64,000 nt of DNA, from the NCBI GenBank assembly GCA_050084985.1, contig JBITNC010000001.1, forward strand, positions 176,018,001-176,082,000, in the 5' to 3' direction. Source of the stretch: Nageia nagi (lineage: Eukaryota > Plantae > Pinophyta). Both the position numbers and the translations under genes were made by a program. The notes beneath the pieces were generated by a model, which was not told where the DNA came from, searched no databases, and worked only from the letters and a program-made list of their open reading frames with translations. Every line of letters begins with the position of its first letter. The stretch's first letter is position 1. Below are positions 1-13,500 of this stretch, in pieces.

Positions 1-1857
1 TTTTAAAGGAATCCTAACCTTTTACAAAAGTTCTCTCAAAATAAGCATTAAGATCAAGAATGAGACAAGGAACCTTGTGCCACTTAATCCTCTAAAGAAA
101 TCACAAAAAACCAAACCAAGCTTCATTGTAGCCCACTTTTAACAAGAGATAAAATAAGTAAAAATTAACTAAGGTTTCACTATAGCCATATGAAACACTT
201 CAAATGACACTTCAAGTAACTACCCAAATATACATTGATTTCTCATTTCATCCACTAATTCCTTGATAATCTATTGTAGGGTATCCATTATCTTGAGCAT
301 TACTTCTAACATCTTGAGGATAATTCCTTTCTAGAAGGTAATCATATGAGTGGCTTCTATAGTGGGGTCATTCTGCACATCCTTATTATTCTCCATTGGG
401 TAGTCTAAGTTACATGTTTCTCCTAGAGTCATAATTCCTTTCTACTAACTACTATAAGTTACCTTAGTGTCCTCACCTCCCACTAATGGATTTTTATTAC
501 CCTCCTCCTCCTTTATCTCCTCCTCTACCTCTAAAGGTTCTATAGTCCAATCAAGGTCCTCCCTCTTTACATTTTTGGCTAACCTCGACCTTGAAATCTA
601 TATAAGAGCTAAGCATAAGTTTGGATTGAGTGAATGGCTAAAATCAATCTTATCTATGATCTTTCTCTTATGTATGAAATTCTTGAAGATTATCTTCATC
701 AAACCTTAATGGATCGACACCTCACACCTTCATCTTTGGACATCCTCTACTATTTTGTTTAACTTATTGTACATGAAAGTTGAGATATTCATATTTAGGT
801 TACAAACATGGTTAATCAAATCAAAATTAAAATTATAGAGCTAATATTAGAAGGTAACCATATTTATGTACTAAATTATCACCTTCACAACCTCTCTCAT
901 GGCTTTAATGGAGAATCTCAAGGAACACCTCTTTTTTCATGGGGTAGAGGAGATTCACTTGCCCCAAACTTAATGAGCTCCATCTTGAGACTATGATTAT
1001 CTCTATGAACTAGCAAACTAGTAACTTATGCTAGAAGAGCTTAATTCACTTTGAACTCAAGCCCAAATATCTTCACTAATCCTCCACTATAACTTGCAAC
1101 AAATTAATGAGAGAGTCTATCCTCATGCCCATAAAATTTTTCTAAAAACTCTAAGAGTCCACCTTGTTCTAGAACTTTTTGAACTTCAAAGCTACATTCA
1201 CCACAAGATGCTAAGTATTATCTTTCTAAAACATTCCATGTCTACCCTCTTCTGATATTACTAGGCTTTCAGGCTCTAGGTAAGGCTCCATGGGCACATT
1301 ATAGATTCTCTTCAAAGCTATTTTCAACATAAGATGCCAAGCAATAGTTTTCACTATATACCTATCATACATGCTACCATTGTTAATATAACATATTGGG
1401 TCACCTTGATCTAGCTCAATCTAGCAACTGATTATAATAGGTCATGAAGAACCTATGACTAATTCCCAAATTAAATTTATTGCATGAATGATAGCTACAA
1501 GGGGGTCAATGGGATGTCTGATGTCTTCCATATGTCATTCCTTTCCTTCCTTCCATGATTGGTATGAAGGGGAAAAAAATAAGGCATCCCCTCTCAATCC
1601 CATCTACACTACAAATAGCCAAATCATCTTTTCAAGTGCTCTTCAAGAAGGACCATGCCATCATGGTAACTTTTCCCTCTAGTGAGCTAGGGCTTTTTAG
1701 ACAACACCAAATTCCATGTTTCCCCAACTTCCCTATCTCACTCTATGGATCCCTCCTTCCACTTACATAGAACCTAAAAGTCTTCATGACCCTTAGATAA
1801 TATTCTAAAAATATATGCCACTTCCATACCATTACCTCCTTTTTCTCCTGTTGATAT
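1..1857 (-). mobile_element. 5'-truncated LINE-type retroposon carrying a degenerate extra ORF (copy 1; 3' tail lies left of the window)
   Basis: Colinear with 42720-44704, which has a poly(A) tail and TSD. The right flank ATTAGTTGTCTTGTT (1856-1870) matches the TSD at 42679-42693. Minus strand ~1290-200 reads VLEQGGLLEFLEKFYGHED...GGLVKIFGLEFKVN...LINHV...IH[Q]GLMKIIF. Confidence 0.7.
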
Positions 1858-3599
1858 TAGTTGTCTTGTTATACATAAGAACTTGTAATTTTATTTAAAT
1901 AATTTTTATAATAGTATTAAATGAATGATATCTTTTAAATTCAATAGTTTATAAGACATTCAAATTTTTTTTAGAGATAAAATAAATATCATTTATGTAT
2001 TTAAAATATTATTTTCAACAAAATTAAGATTCATAATAAAATTGTTAAATTTATTTTGATTATCTTGGTTTAATAATTCATGGATCACATTGTAATTACA
2101 AATATCATTATAGGTTTATCTAATGTATTTGTATAACATAAATTGACTTGTACAAAATATATTAAAATATTATTATTTATTATTATTCATATAAAATAGT
2201 ATTTTTTAAAGTGATTTATTTCATTATGTTCAAAAGAAACCAATAAAGTCAATTATATGAAAGTGAAAGCATTTTGGTTCCCTCTACTCTATGTTAGCAA
2301 ACACAAATACAAAGAAATAACAACTTCCTCTATTTGTTTTTTCTCTTTCCTTCATCTATTACCTACATTCCTCCATTTTCTAAACAAACAAAATGAAAAT
2401 AAATTGAAAATGCATAAATAATTTCATTATTTATAAAACTATGAAAATAATCAATTAATACAAATAAACTATAATAAAAAGTGAGGACAACCAAAAGGTA
2501 CAAAAAAAATCAACCTTTCAATTATTCTTATTTATCATACATAAAAAGATGAACTTCATTTAAGTAATTTATAACTTATATATAAATCATCCATTTATTT
2601 GATTTTTGTAATTAAGTATACATAGTAATAAAATATTTTAATTGATTTGTATGTTTAGCATTAATAATATATAATAACCATCCACTTTCTTATTATTTAT
2701 ATTATACTTGTAACTATATTGAAGTGACTTCTATGATATCCTACGGTATATTATTTATTCAATTTCTATGATGAAGTCAATTGGTATACACAAGAAACAT
2801 TCCATATGCTAAATCTTTGTAATGGACCCAAAAATAGATTTTTCACTATATAATTAAAAAATATATTTAAATATTTTTTTGGTTATGCATATAAAAAAAT
2901 ATTATTTAAATGATTTGGACCATTATTTTCTTTGACAATATTGGAATTTGAAAATTTATAAAATGATTGAAAAAATACTAAAACATGAAACATGAAACAA
3001 GCCAAACCCTAAAGGAGGTTCATGGCCATCCTTTCAATTATTCACAAGATAACTAATTAATTAAATTATTCACAAGATAAATATATTATTTGTTAAATAC
3101 ATGAAACCCATCCACACAACTAAATTATTCTAGTTGGAAGAATACATGAACCAATGTTTCATATAAAACAAGAATAATATCATACAAAAATCAATCTAAA
3201 GAAATTATAACATAAATTTCTATTAATATAGTACCCATATGAAGTAGCAAGGTATTTAGATAACTAGTGAAGATAGAACAAAGTGGTTAGTATAGATACA
3301 AAATGGATGGAATAATGAGACATACAAATTTTCAATACAAAAGGTTTGCTCTTTCACCTATTCTTAATTCATTTTAATTCATTTTAAGTATCTTTAATAT
3401 ATTAACTGTTACAATGATCAAGGTTTAAGTGAAAGCAAAGCATACAATTGACCAAATAATTATAATAAAAGTAAAAAACTTAAAATTTACATTTTTTTGA
3501 ATGTCACATAAAAAAAAGAAAAAAAATCAATGTCACTATTCAACCTATAGCCTATATAACTAGAGCAATTTTCTAGCCTCTTGGATAGAATAAAAAGCT

Positions 3600-5299
3600 A
3601 GTATAAAGCTAAAATTTGTAGATATAATACACTTTTAGATAGAACATTGATTTGATGTACTCTACATTCAATTGCATACATATAGTTGTTGAACATATTT
3701 GAATCTATATAATCTAGAATGCTACTTGAACAACATTGAGATGTACAAGATACACATATGAAAAATAATACAATATGAGAATACAAACCTCATTAATGTA
3801 GAAATTATTGGATAATGTAATTCATTTACAAATACTTGTATTATTGTAATATAAATGAGAAAAATTAGCTTCCATACATAATTTTGGCAATATTAGGATT
3901 TATGATAATAGTAACCTTCATAAATATATGTTAAACAAAACTAACCTATAATACATGAACAAAATATCCATCTAACTATTTAATGCAAGTAGGCATTGTA
4001 ACTAACATTAACATAATAAAATCTACACAAATTAGAAGCTTATAAAAATTAAATTAATATAATCTAGAGTTTCCAAATATATTGAAGCTTAAATTGGCCA
4101 AATAAGAGATAAGTGGCTTTAAATTGGTGAATTATGAAATCAAAACTTTCACTATTCATAAATGCAATGCTTGGATCTTTACAAGTTTTTGTTGATATCA
4201 AGTTATACCTCCTTATTTATGCCCTTTTTTCCTTATCCCCTTAAAAAGATTTAGCAAGAAATAGTAAATATTAAACTAATTCTATAGAAATGAGTAGAAT
4301 AAAGTTATAGGAGACTTGGTCCAAAATATTTGTATGAAACATAACATTGATAAGATGAAAACTCGATAAACATTTTGATAAAATAATCAATCACATGTCT
4401 AACCTAGAAGAGTTGAAGAGAAAAGATCTAGAGTTTCTTACATATTTATAACATAAAACTTTTATTGATCAAGAACTATTTTCTTCTAATTTCTATACAC
4501 TTGTCTACATCTCTACTTTCTCCTCTTCCTCTATTGAAAATAAAATATACATGAATAATAAACATAATTATTTTTTTATTAAGATATTTAATATTGATTA
4601 ATTTCTATATATATCTATTAATGTCTAACTTGCATCATCATCTAAATCAAATCTTCTTGCACATCTCATTTGCATCTCATTTTTACAACTTCTATTCAAT
4701 AAATTATTAACATTTACAGTAACTTTTACATCTTCTATGCAAATATGGTGTTTTTTCAATTGCACATGTTTAGATAAAGATGGTTTGTTCATATTTTAGA
4801 TGGTTCTTCTCTAAATTGATCAATTTAGGACTCTCAATCTTTAGGCATATAGGTGATGTGAATCTACCTTAAGGTAAATATCTATGGAGTCTTTTTACTA
4901 TAAAATTTATAGGCCAAGAAACCATCCTTCTCAAAAGATCTAATATGAATTTAATATAATCTTATTTTATAATAGAATAATTGAAGAATTCATCCACTTT
5001 TTTCTTTGAATGTGCCTAATTAACATCATTATAATCAACATTTTTATTTACTTAGATTTTACATTATTCAAATTGATGGCTTCCTTTTTAAAAATATTGA
5101 TATATAGTTTGCTAGAGAGGAGATTGGTAGACCTATTGCTACTTCTATGTATTAAAAAAGTTTCAATACAAAATAAACAAGGTGAATTCAATATAGAGAT
5201 CAACTTATTTTATTATCCTTCTAAAATCCCTTTCATATGAATGTTTGAGGGAATAGACTACTCTATTTGAACATTGATAGTCCTCACACCATTTAATGA
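3600..5299 (-). pseudogene. Decayed, apparently intron-containing coding sequence of unknown family
   Basis: Minus-strand frame with stops only at TAA/TAG/TGA (paralog 46080-46600 reads IKGILEAQQNRLFYILKSPCLFCIETF...IRSYEKDGFLANKFYSKKIHIDIYLKVDSHHLY). Short AT-rich segments ending in polypyrimidine+AG lie near 4530, 4242 and 4023. Confidence 0.35.
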
Positions 5300-7192
5300 C
5301 TATATCATATGTTGTTATGTGTGATTGTTCCACTATGACACTTTATTCAAGATGACCTTATATGTCTTGTCATGCACCAAAGTCAACTCTCATCCTAGTT
5401 GTATCATAGTCACACCTTCAAATGTTAGGGCAAAATAGAATCATTTATCATTTATCATGTATCATGTATCATGTTTTATCATTTGTTCCACCATGATGTT
5501 TTGATAGGATGATCTTATACAACCTATCATGTGCCAAAACTATCTCTAATTCTAATCGATTCATGTTGTGGTTAGTCCCACCATATCAACTTGTTGTATC
5601 ATTACACCTTGATCATTTGTTAGCATCCTTTGCTTTCCATTCAACATGGGACAAAGTTATCCTTAACATATCTTGCTTTCTATTCAACATAGGGTAAGAT
5701 CATCATTGTCATCATCATGTCAAAATAAGATCATTGCAACTATTATTTTTCTTTTCTTTGCATTAAACATGGGGTAAAGATTCACTTTGGTAGCACAATC
5801 ATATGTTTAAGCATGATTCACCTCAAGTCCCAAGCATTTTACAATAATTATTTAGCTTGGTCACCTTTGCATTGACCATGTCTTTAGTAGTGTATAGAAT
5901 TTGTCCCTTAGCATGCGATAGGTTTGCATACAACCACATCACATTGAATGTCAATAAGATCATTATCATCTTCATCATCTCATCATCTTATCATGTGTTC
6001 TTATATCATTTTATTAGTTTGTTGTCATTCATATTGTTAGCTTTTGAGTTGAGTCTCACTTTATGATGCTTTGCAAAACTCAACCCAAAAGGGGGCATCT
6101 ATAAGCATCTAAAAAACACATTTTTTATGTTGTTTACAATGTCATGTTGTACCTTATGGTCACCCATCACACCTTATGGTCTTTCATCACCATCTTTGGT
6201 CATTTTTGGTCTTTTATCATAATCATTCCTTAGTGGAACAACTATGCAAATCATTTGAATGATCCTAAATATCATTTTTTTAATGGATTATAGCTCAAAA
6301 TCCATTTTTTTCCTTCATAATTTTTTTAGTCTTGCTCCTTATGCATGCCCAGATAGAAGTGGTGCACCAAAAGTACACTCAGTAGGACATGTTAGCTAGT
6401 TTAACACCTTATTTTCCACCTTTGACTTTGGGGTATCCTCCACATGTCCTCCATGTCCATTCTATCTAGTAAACCAAGCAAGTCTCCCTCCCTTGGTCAC
6501 TTAGCACTCTATCATTTTGGCTAAGGAATAACTCTAATGAGCTAAGAACAAAGAACTAACTAACCATTATTGAGGAGCTCTAAGCCATGCAAATTTGAAC
6601 ATGTCTTGATCTTTCTTATAGGTGTTGGAGAGCTTTCTTAGAGCACATTGGAGCCATTGGAGCACTTGTATCCTTTGTACATAATGTTTTCATGCATTTG
6701 TGTGTGCATGCACTATATTTCTAGGCTAGATACATGTTAGTTTAGTTTCTTTTTATCATTTGATAATTTTTTTAGAATAGCATGAGCATGTCATATTACA
6801 TTGAAAGCATTCTCTTGCTTTATCATGCCCAATTGATTATGGGATGAGGGATATACAATCTATCAAGGAGGTTTACACCTCTCTTGAACACATTCTAGGG
6901 TCTTAAGGGACTAGAATGCTAAGATCCCTACTAACACTTATCTTCTTGCAAGTCTAGATCATCCATATCATCCATCAAACACATAAATATCAAGAAACAT
7001 TTTAGATGTTATAGATTGGTATCCAATAGGACCAAATGAGTGGTTTTGGATGCTCACACTTTGTATGTGGTCTCCAAGATCTCCCATGCCTCCTTAGTAG
7101 TCTTACACTCTATAATTTTGGAGAATATGGACACATCTATCCTAGACTAGATGACAAAAATGCCTTGGCATCCTTCTTATAGTTCTCCAACA
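5300..7192 (+). mobile_element. 3' part of a Ty3/gypsy-type LTR element: 3' UTR, PPT and 3' LTR (6100-7192)
   Basis: PPT AAAAGGGGGCA at 6087-6097, then TATAAG (degenerate TGTAAG) at 6100. LTR ends ...TCTCCAACA at 7192. CAT-rich 3' UTR. Absent from the paralogous segment. Confidence 0.6.
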
Positions 7193-7681
7193 CTTATTTC
7201 TTCTCATCTATAGTCATGGATACAAAGGTAACTTCATTTGAGTTGGTAAAACCTTAAGGTCTGTAGGTATTGAGAGATAAGAAATATCTTCATTTGAATG
7301 CATCAATACTCATAATGGTCTCCATTGAAAATGTAAATATGCAATTGTAGTGAATTTCCTATCTTCAAATCCATTTAACCCAATAAATCTTCCACTCTGA
7401 TACCAATTGAAGATTTTGAAAAAAATATAATGTGTAGAGCTAGAATACAATAACGCTTTCCATAGGTGGAATAAAATATCAGGAAAAAATTGGATACCAA
7501 CATATATTTGCATTGCAGAGAAGTGAAAAATATTACATGACTCTCTTGGAGCTAAAAACAAAACATAAACCTATGTTGTTTTCTTCTTTATTATCTTCTT
7601 TATGCATAAGCTATCTATATTTATACTAAGATAAAATATCATATGCACATAACTTGGTCAAAAATAAATTTAAATGCAACA
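7193..7681 (-). mobile_element. 5' fragment of a Ty1/copia element: 5' LTR (7408-7681), PBS-Met, gag N-terminus
   Basis: Minus strand TGTTGC...TCTTCA, then AT-TGGTATCAGAGT (PBS, 7394-7405). ATG at 7374 reads MDLKIGNSLQLHIYIFNGDHYEY[W]CIQMKIFLISQ, the copia gag N-terminal (DUF4219-like) motif. Cut at 7192 by the gypsy LTR. Confidence 0.8.
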
Positions 7682-8861
7682 TGGGATCTATGCACGCATT
7701 CTGCTATCCTTTCTATAGATAGTAGAGGAAGCCCATGCCTTTATTATTTTCATGACATATAAAAAATATTAAATGGTTGCAGAAGGTAGAATAACCATTT
7801 TTGTACAAAAAATTAATGTCGATGTTCATATATTAATGTTGATAGTTGAGCATTTAATTATGACATAGAAATCCCTTAAAATGATTTTCTAGAGTTTTGA
7901 TCTAAGTTTTGGAGAAAGAGTGATGTCATTATGTAATAAGACCCAAGGTCCAAGGTTTAAAATGATGATATCATTCACCCAAAATAATGGGTGTAATAAG
8001 TCCTAGGAAAAGAAGACCCAAATTCAGAGGAAACATTACCTGAAGAAAGAAATCCCAAAGTGAGATGAATAAAGCTTGGAGAAGGTAGTCCCACTTTAGG
8101 AGTGGACAAGGAATAGACATTGGTAATGCCTAGAGGAAGAGAACTATAATACTCAAAGATGGAGCCTAGATAATAAAATGGGAGCCCAAAGATAACAAAG
8201 AAAGAGCCTAGAGACACAAAGCTCAGAGTTCACTAGTAATGCCTAGGAATGGAGATTAACTTTTTTCAAAACTTTTCCTCTTCAATCTCTAAATCCTTCA
8301 AAAATAAATAAAAAATAAAGAAAATAATGAAAATATAAGTAGAAAGATAAATATAAAAAGTAAATCCATGGCTATGACATACAAATAGAAGAAAACTTGA
8401 AACAAGTAAATTGAAAAAATAAATTCAATATTGATATACACTTTAGAACTCAAAAAAATAATTAAAACAAGTAAACTAAAAAACAAATCCAATATTGACA
8501 TGACCTCCATAACTCCTTAAAAGAAAAGTTAAACCAAGTAAACTAAAAAATAATTCCCAAATTAATATGCCCTTCGAACTCCTTTTATTCTCATATACTC
8601 TTCAATGATTAGTTTTATTCCAATTCATCCACTCTTCAATAGCCACTTTTGTCTAACTCATTCAAATTCAAAAATTTCATCCCAATAAATATCTTAATCA
8701 TGATGAGGTGTACTAATATAGATTTTCTTTTTCATTTTAATATTTAATAATATAAGTATTGACATAAAGTTGTTATTCTTTCTTGTAAAGAATATTCTAA
8801 TTACATATTTTATTTTAGATTTCATTTGTTTAATATTAACTTTATAATTCTTTTCTCTTAT

Positions 8862-8907
8862 ATTATTTGAAATTTGATTTAAATATCTTTTTGTGATAAA
8901 AAAATTG

Positions 8908-8968
<61 letters not shown>

Positions 8969-9637
8969 AGTAAGGAAGCACATAGTGTAACTCTCATGAG
9001 AGTAAGAAGCAAACAATAAAGAGTATCAAATACAATAAACCTTAGAGAGACATAAATTTTACATATAGAGAGTGAAGGGGATTGTTCAACATTTGAGGTC
9101 AAAAATGAATTCTTGATATTACAACTAGAAGAAGTAAGCCTAGTAGGTTTAGTAGTGACATACTGATAGGGATCCTTCTAGAGTCTTTAGTTAATGTGAT
9201 ACTTTTAATTTGTAATTTCCTATTATTGAACAAAGTTGTGATAATTTTGGTACTCATTATGCTATAGGGTTTGTTGGCAATCACATTGTATATATATTTA
9301 AAATTTGATTTAAATATCTTTTGGTGATAAAAAATCATAAATAGGACTTAAGGAAAGTATATATAATAGTAAGGAAGCACATGGTGCAACTTTGATGTAT
9401 AAGAGTAAGAAGCAAATACAAAAGTGTATCGAATACAATAAGTCTTAAAGAGACATAAAGTTTACATATAGGTTTAGAAAGAATTAACCCTAGTAGGTTT
9501 AGTAGTAACATACTAACAAGTGATCCTTCTAGAGTCTTTAGTTAATGTGATACTTTTAATTTTAATTTATTGAAATTGGAAAAAATATGTGATAAGTTTG
9601 GAACTCATTATGGTATGGGATCTATTGGTGATCACTT
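8862..9637. repeat. Imperfect tandem duplication (~430 + ~345 bp)
   Basis: AAATTTGATTTAAATATCTTTT.GTGATAAAAAA at ~8870 and ~9301. GATCCTTCTAGAGTCTTTAGTTAATGTGATACTTTTAATTT at 9171 and 9522. Confidence 0.9.
8909..8966. repeat. (TA)29 microsatellite
   Basis: Perfect TA run seen directly. Confidence 0.98.
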
Positions 9638-9703
9638 TCTATCTGAGGTGGGTGACTTAGTGTATCACATTTTTTATCTTCAAAATTTATCTAGGATTTC
9701 AAA

Positions 9704-10350
9704 GTGTGGGAACCCTTGAGTAAGCAATGAAACAAACCTTAAATTTCATGATAGATTAAGCAAATGAATATGAAATGCTATTTAATATTTGGTTCCATGT
9801 TATATAGTTTACATATACATGAATCTTTAGGGATATGATGATTTTTCTTAATACATGGCATGAGAAAATTCTTATCTAGCTAAGGGGAAATGAAAACCAT
9901 ATGATATATATTGCTTGATATAATCAAGGATAAAAATACAACCATTATCTAGTCTCATGAAAGATTGAAGAAAATGCAAGAGCTTTGGTGAAATCTATTT
10001 TCCTAGTTCAATCTATTTTGTCCTCAAATACACTAAGTAAATTTCCTCCTTGGTCATTATGTTCATATTTCTAGTAGAAGGATTAGAGGTCCTCTCTTGG
10101 TGTTGAGAGAGTCACTCGATACCTAGGCCTATGGATTAGATGAGATAGATGGTTTTTGAGTACAAACACTAGTAAATACCTTTACTTGCAAGTTGCATTG
10201 AGGATTTGAGTGCTAAGAGAGGGTATATATCATTAGCACAAAAAATAGCTTTGGTGGAGGCCAATTTGAGGTGGATTTGAAGGTATTAGCTACTACTATA
10301 TGTAGTTTTGGTGGTGGGTTTAAGGGGAAATTTTAACCCTCTATCATAAA
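9704..10350 (-). pseudogene. Degenerate ORF of unknown family (copy 1, C-terminus missing)
   Basis: Colinear with 47376-48030, where a longer decayed frame can be read. Confidence 0.4.
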
Positions 10351-10474
10351 TCATAAGGTGACAAGGAGAAATTGCCCCTCCATCTTACCAAAAATAAAAT
10401 AACAAAAGTTTGTACAAGATTATGCAGGCTATTTCATTTTGGAGGGGGTAGACCAAGGATTATCATGGGAATTT

Positions 10475-10537
10475 GGAGAGAGGGGAGGAGACAAGAGGAG
10501 AGGAGGAGAGTGGGGAGAGGGAGGAGGAAAGGAGAGT
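10475..10537. repeat. GA-rich polypurine low-complexity tract (paralog ~48155-48245)
   Basis: GGAGAGAGGGGAGGAGACAAGAGGAGAGGAGGAGAG... seen directly next to the PPR-derived array in both copies. Confidence 0.85.
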
Positions 10538-10569
10538 TCTAATGAGGCTTGATAATATAAGGGTGAGGC

Positions 10570-13500
10570 ACATTATTCCATATTTTGCACACATATCTTA
10601 ATGCTTTTTTCAAAAATCCATTTTTTGCATAAGTTGGGATCATTGTATACCATGAAGTTCAATGGTACCTCAAGATTCCTAGGTTTTTTCACTAAAAATA
10701 CACTTCATGCATAATATCATGCAATCATTGCTAACCATGAAACTATATTTGCATAATGCATCTTATCCAAAAATTCTTAATCTTTTTGTATTCTTCCACA
10801 TTTTATGTACATGTCTATCATGATGTTCAAAATCCAAACATTCCAAATATAAACATTATGTAGACACTTTCATACATCCAATTCATGTTTTATGAGTATT
10901 TTGGTAGTGAATTTAAATGGACCCTCAATAGTCTTAGGGCTTTTCTTAGAAAATCCATTGTGTATATAGTGCAATCATAACAAACCATGAAATTGTGTTT
11001 ACATCATGAATTTTATCAAAAAATTCTTGAGCCTTGTGTATTCTTCCATATATTACATGCATGTATATCAAAGCATTCAAAACCTAAACACTTAAATCAC
11101 AAGCACCATGTAGACACATACACACATCCAATTTAGGTTTTATGATTATTTTGGTAGTGAAGTTCAATGGTCCCTCAATAGTCCTAGGGCTTTTCTTTGA
11201 AAACCTATTTTGTTCATATCATGTAATCATTGCAAACTATTTTTTGAAAAAAATAGGATTTGAAAGAAAAATGTAACAAAAGCATGAGTGCAATGTAATA
11301 AAAGGTTGAGCACAAAGTAGCAAAAGTCTGGGTGAATTATTTCAAAAATATGATAGGCTATTATTGAGCAAATTACAACTTAGCAAAGTTGTAATATTAC
11401 CAAAATGCAGCTAAAGGATATTCAAAATACAATGAATAAATCAAGATTATTACTTGATCCAAATCCCCCAAGGAATGGGAAAACATTTTGATGTAGGAAA
11501 AACCATTAGTAGAGGAGGTAATCAGGATGGTACTAGAGCCTAAATTCTCTAATGATGAGGTTAGTTTATTTATTTGAAAAGTATTATAGAAAAGGAAGAG
11601 GAGGAGATAAAATCAAACCTTGTTGGTCTCTTTGTGGGGGTATGATCCCCTCTAGATATGATTCAAATTTGGATGAAAGTAAGATGGAGTACAAAATGAT
11701 GGATATCCCTAGTTGGTCTCTTAAGGGAATTTTAGTTATTCAAGTTTTAGTTTGATGAAGACCTGAAAAAATTGATAGAGATGGGTCCATGGTTTCTTGG
11801 GAAGAAAGGATTAGTCATCAACCAATGGAAGACAACTTTATCCCTTGAAAGTAAAAACTTAAAACTCATTCTAAAATGGGTATCACTATCTAAACTTCAC
11901 CCATCTTATTGGCACCCATGTCTAATAGCCAAAATTGCAAAAGCAATTAGATCCCTGATCACAATTGAGCAATCAACAAGATTAAAACTTAAGTTTATAG
12001 ATGCAAGATTTATGGTTAATTTAGATATTTCCAAACCTATTATGAAGAATATAAAATTAAAATTTAAGGATGGAATAGAATGGATGCAACCAATTGTATA
12101 TGAAAATCTACTAGTATAATGTGAAATTTGTAAGAGTTACAAGCACTATGCAAATGATTTCCTAGAAAAGAAGAGGAAAAATGAAGAAAGGAGAAAAAAG
12201 GAAAAAATGAAAAGAAGTTTCAAGATAAACAAAAAGAGCTTGGGTGGAAATCAATTTAGAAATAAAAAAATAGGAAAAAAAAGAATAATATAGTTAAAAT
12301 GTAGATAAAACAAACCATGTCAGGAAAATAATCAACTTCAAAATAATCTCAATAGAAGAAATCAACCACAAAAAACCCATATGCAGTGCTATTGATTTTA
12401 TAAGGAATAAATAAAGAAGAAATGGATTATAATACATATTTTTTAGAAGATGAGACAACAAATATAGAAGTTATGGAAGGGGAAGATGGAGAAAGAATGA
12501 GGGTGACAAAAAAGCAAGGAATGCAAATAGTCAAGCAATAGTAATACAACAAGAAGAAGGACAAGATGGAATCCCATCAATAAATATAATAAACTTTAGA
12601 AAATTAGCAAATATTGGACAAAGACATGTGGGAAGACCATCCTAAGGAGAGACTAGAGAGAAACCCACTAAATAAGATATAGTGAATGGAAAATAATTAA
12701 CTCTACATCAAATCAACAAATCTCATCTCACCTTTAGGATGAACATAGGATTTATTGATTATAATATTCTAACAATAAAGAGGCAGTTGGGTTGTATCTC
12801 ATTTATGATTCAGATGTATTTTGACTATAGTTTGATAATTTTCTATTAGTATAATTTGTATAGTAGGTTGCATTAGGGCTACTAACAGGTTATAGTTGGG
12901 TAGCATTTGAACTTATTTTGTTAATATGTTTTTTGTAAATTTTATTAACTACCACCATGTATAGCTAGGTAGCGATTTCCTATTTTAGAAACCATTTTGT
13001 GATATTTTTTTTAGGTTTGAACAAAACCCATCATTGATTTAAATAATATAATTTACCCTTATTATCAAAAAATCATTTTAAACCACAAAACAATGTTTCC
13101 ATCATGCATCTTGTCAAATAATTCTCAAGCATTATGTATTCTATATTTTGCATACATATCTATCAAGACATTCAAAACCTAAATATTTTAATTACAAGTA
13201 CCATGTAGACACTTCCACACACCTAATTGAAGTTTTATAAGTATTTTGGTAGTGAAGTTCAATGATCCCTCAATAGTCTTAGGGATTTTCTCTAAAATCC
13301 TATTTTTTTCATTTTGTGCAATCATTTCAGACCATGAAACTATGTTTGCATCATGCATCTTATCAAATAATTCTCAAGCCTTGTGTATTCTTCCATATTT
13401 TGTATACATGTTTGTTAGGGCATTCCAAACCCAAACACTCAAATTACAAGTACTATGAAGACACATCCATACATCCAATTTAGGTTTTATGAGTATTTTT

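Noticed and set aside
7930-8260. Purine-rich segment starting TGTAATAAG, possible LTR fragment
   Set aside because: No matching terminus, TSD, PBS or PPT found.
8694-9102. ORFs with (YI)n runs
   Set aside because: Artefacts of the (TA)29 microsatellite.
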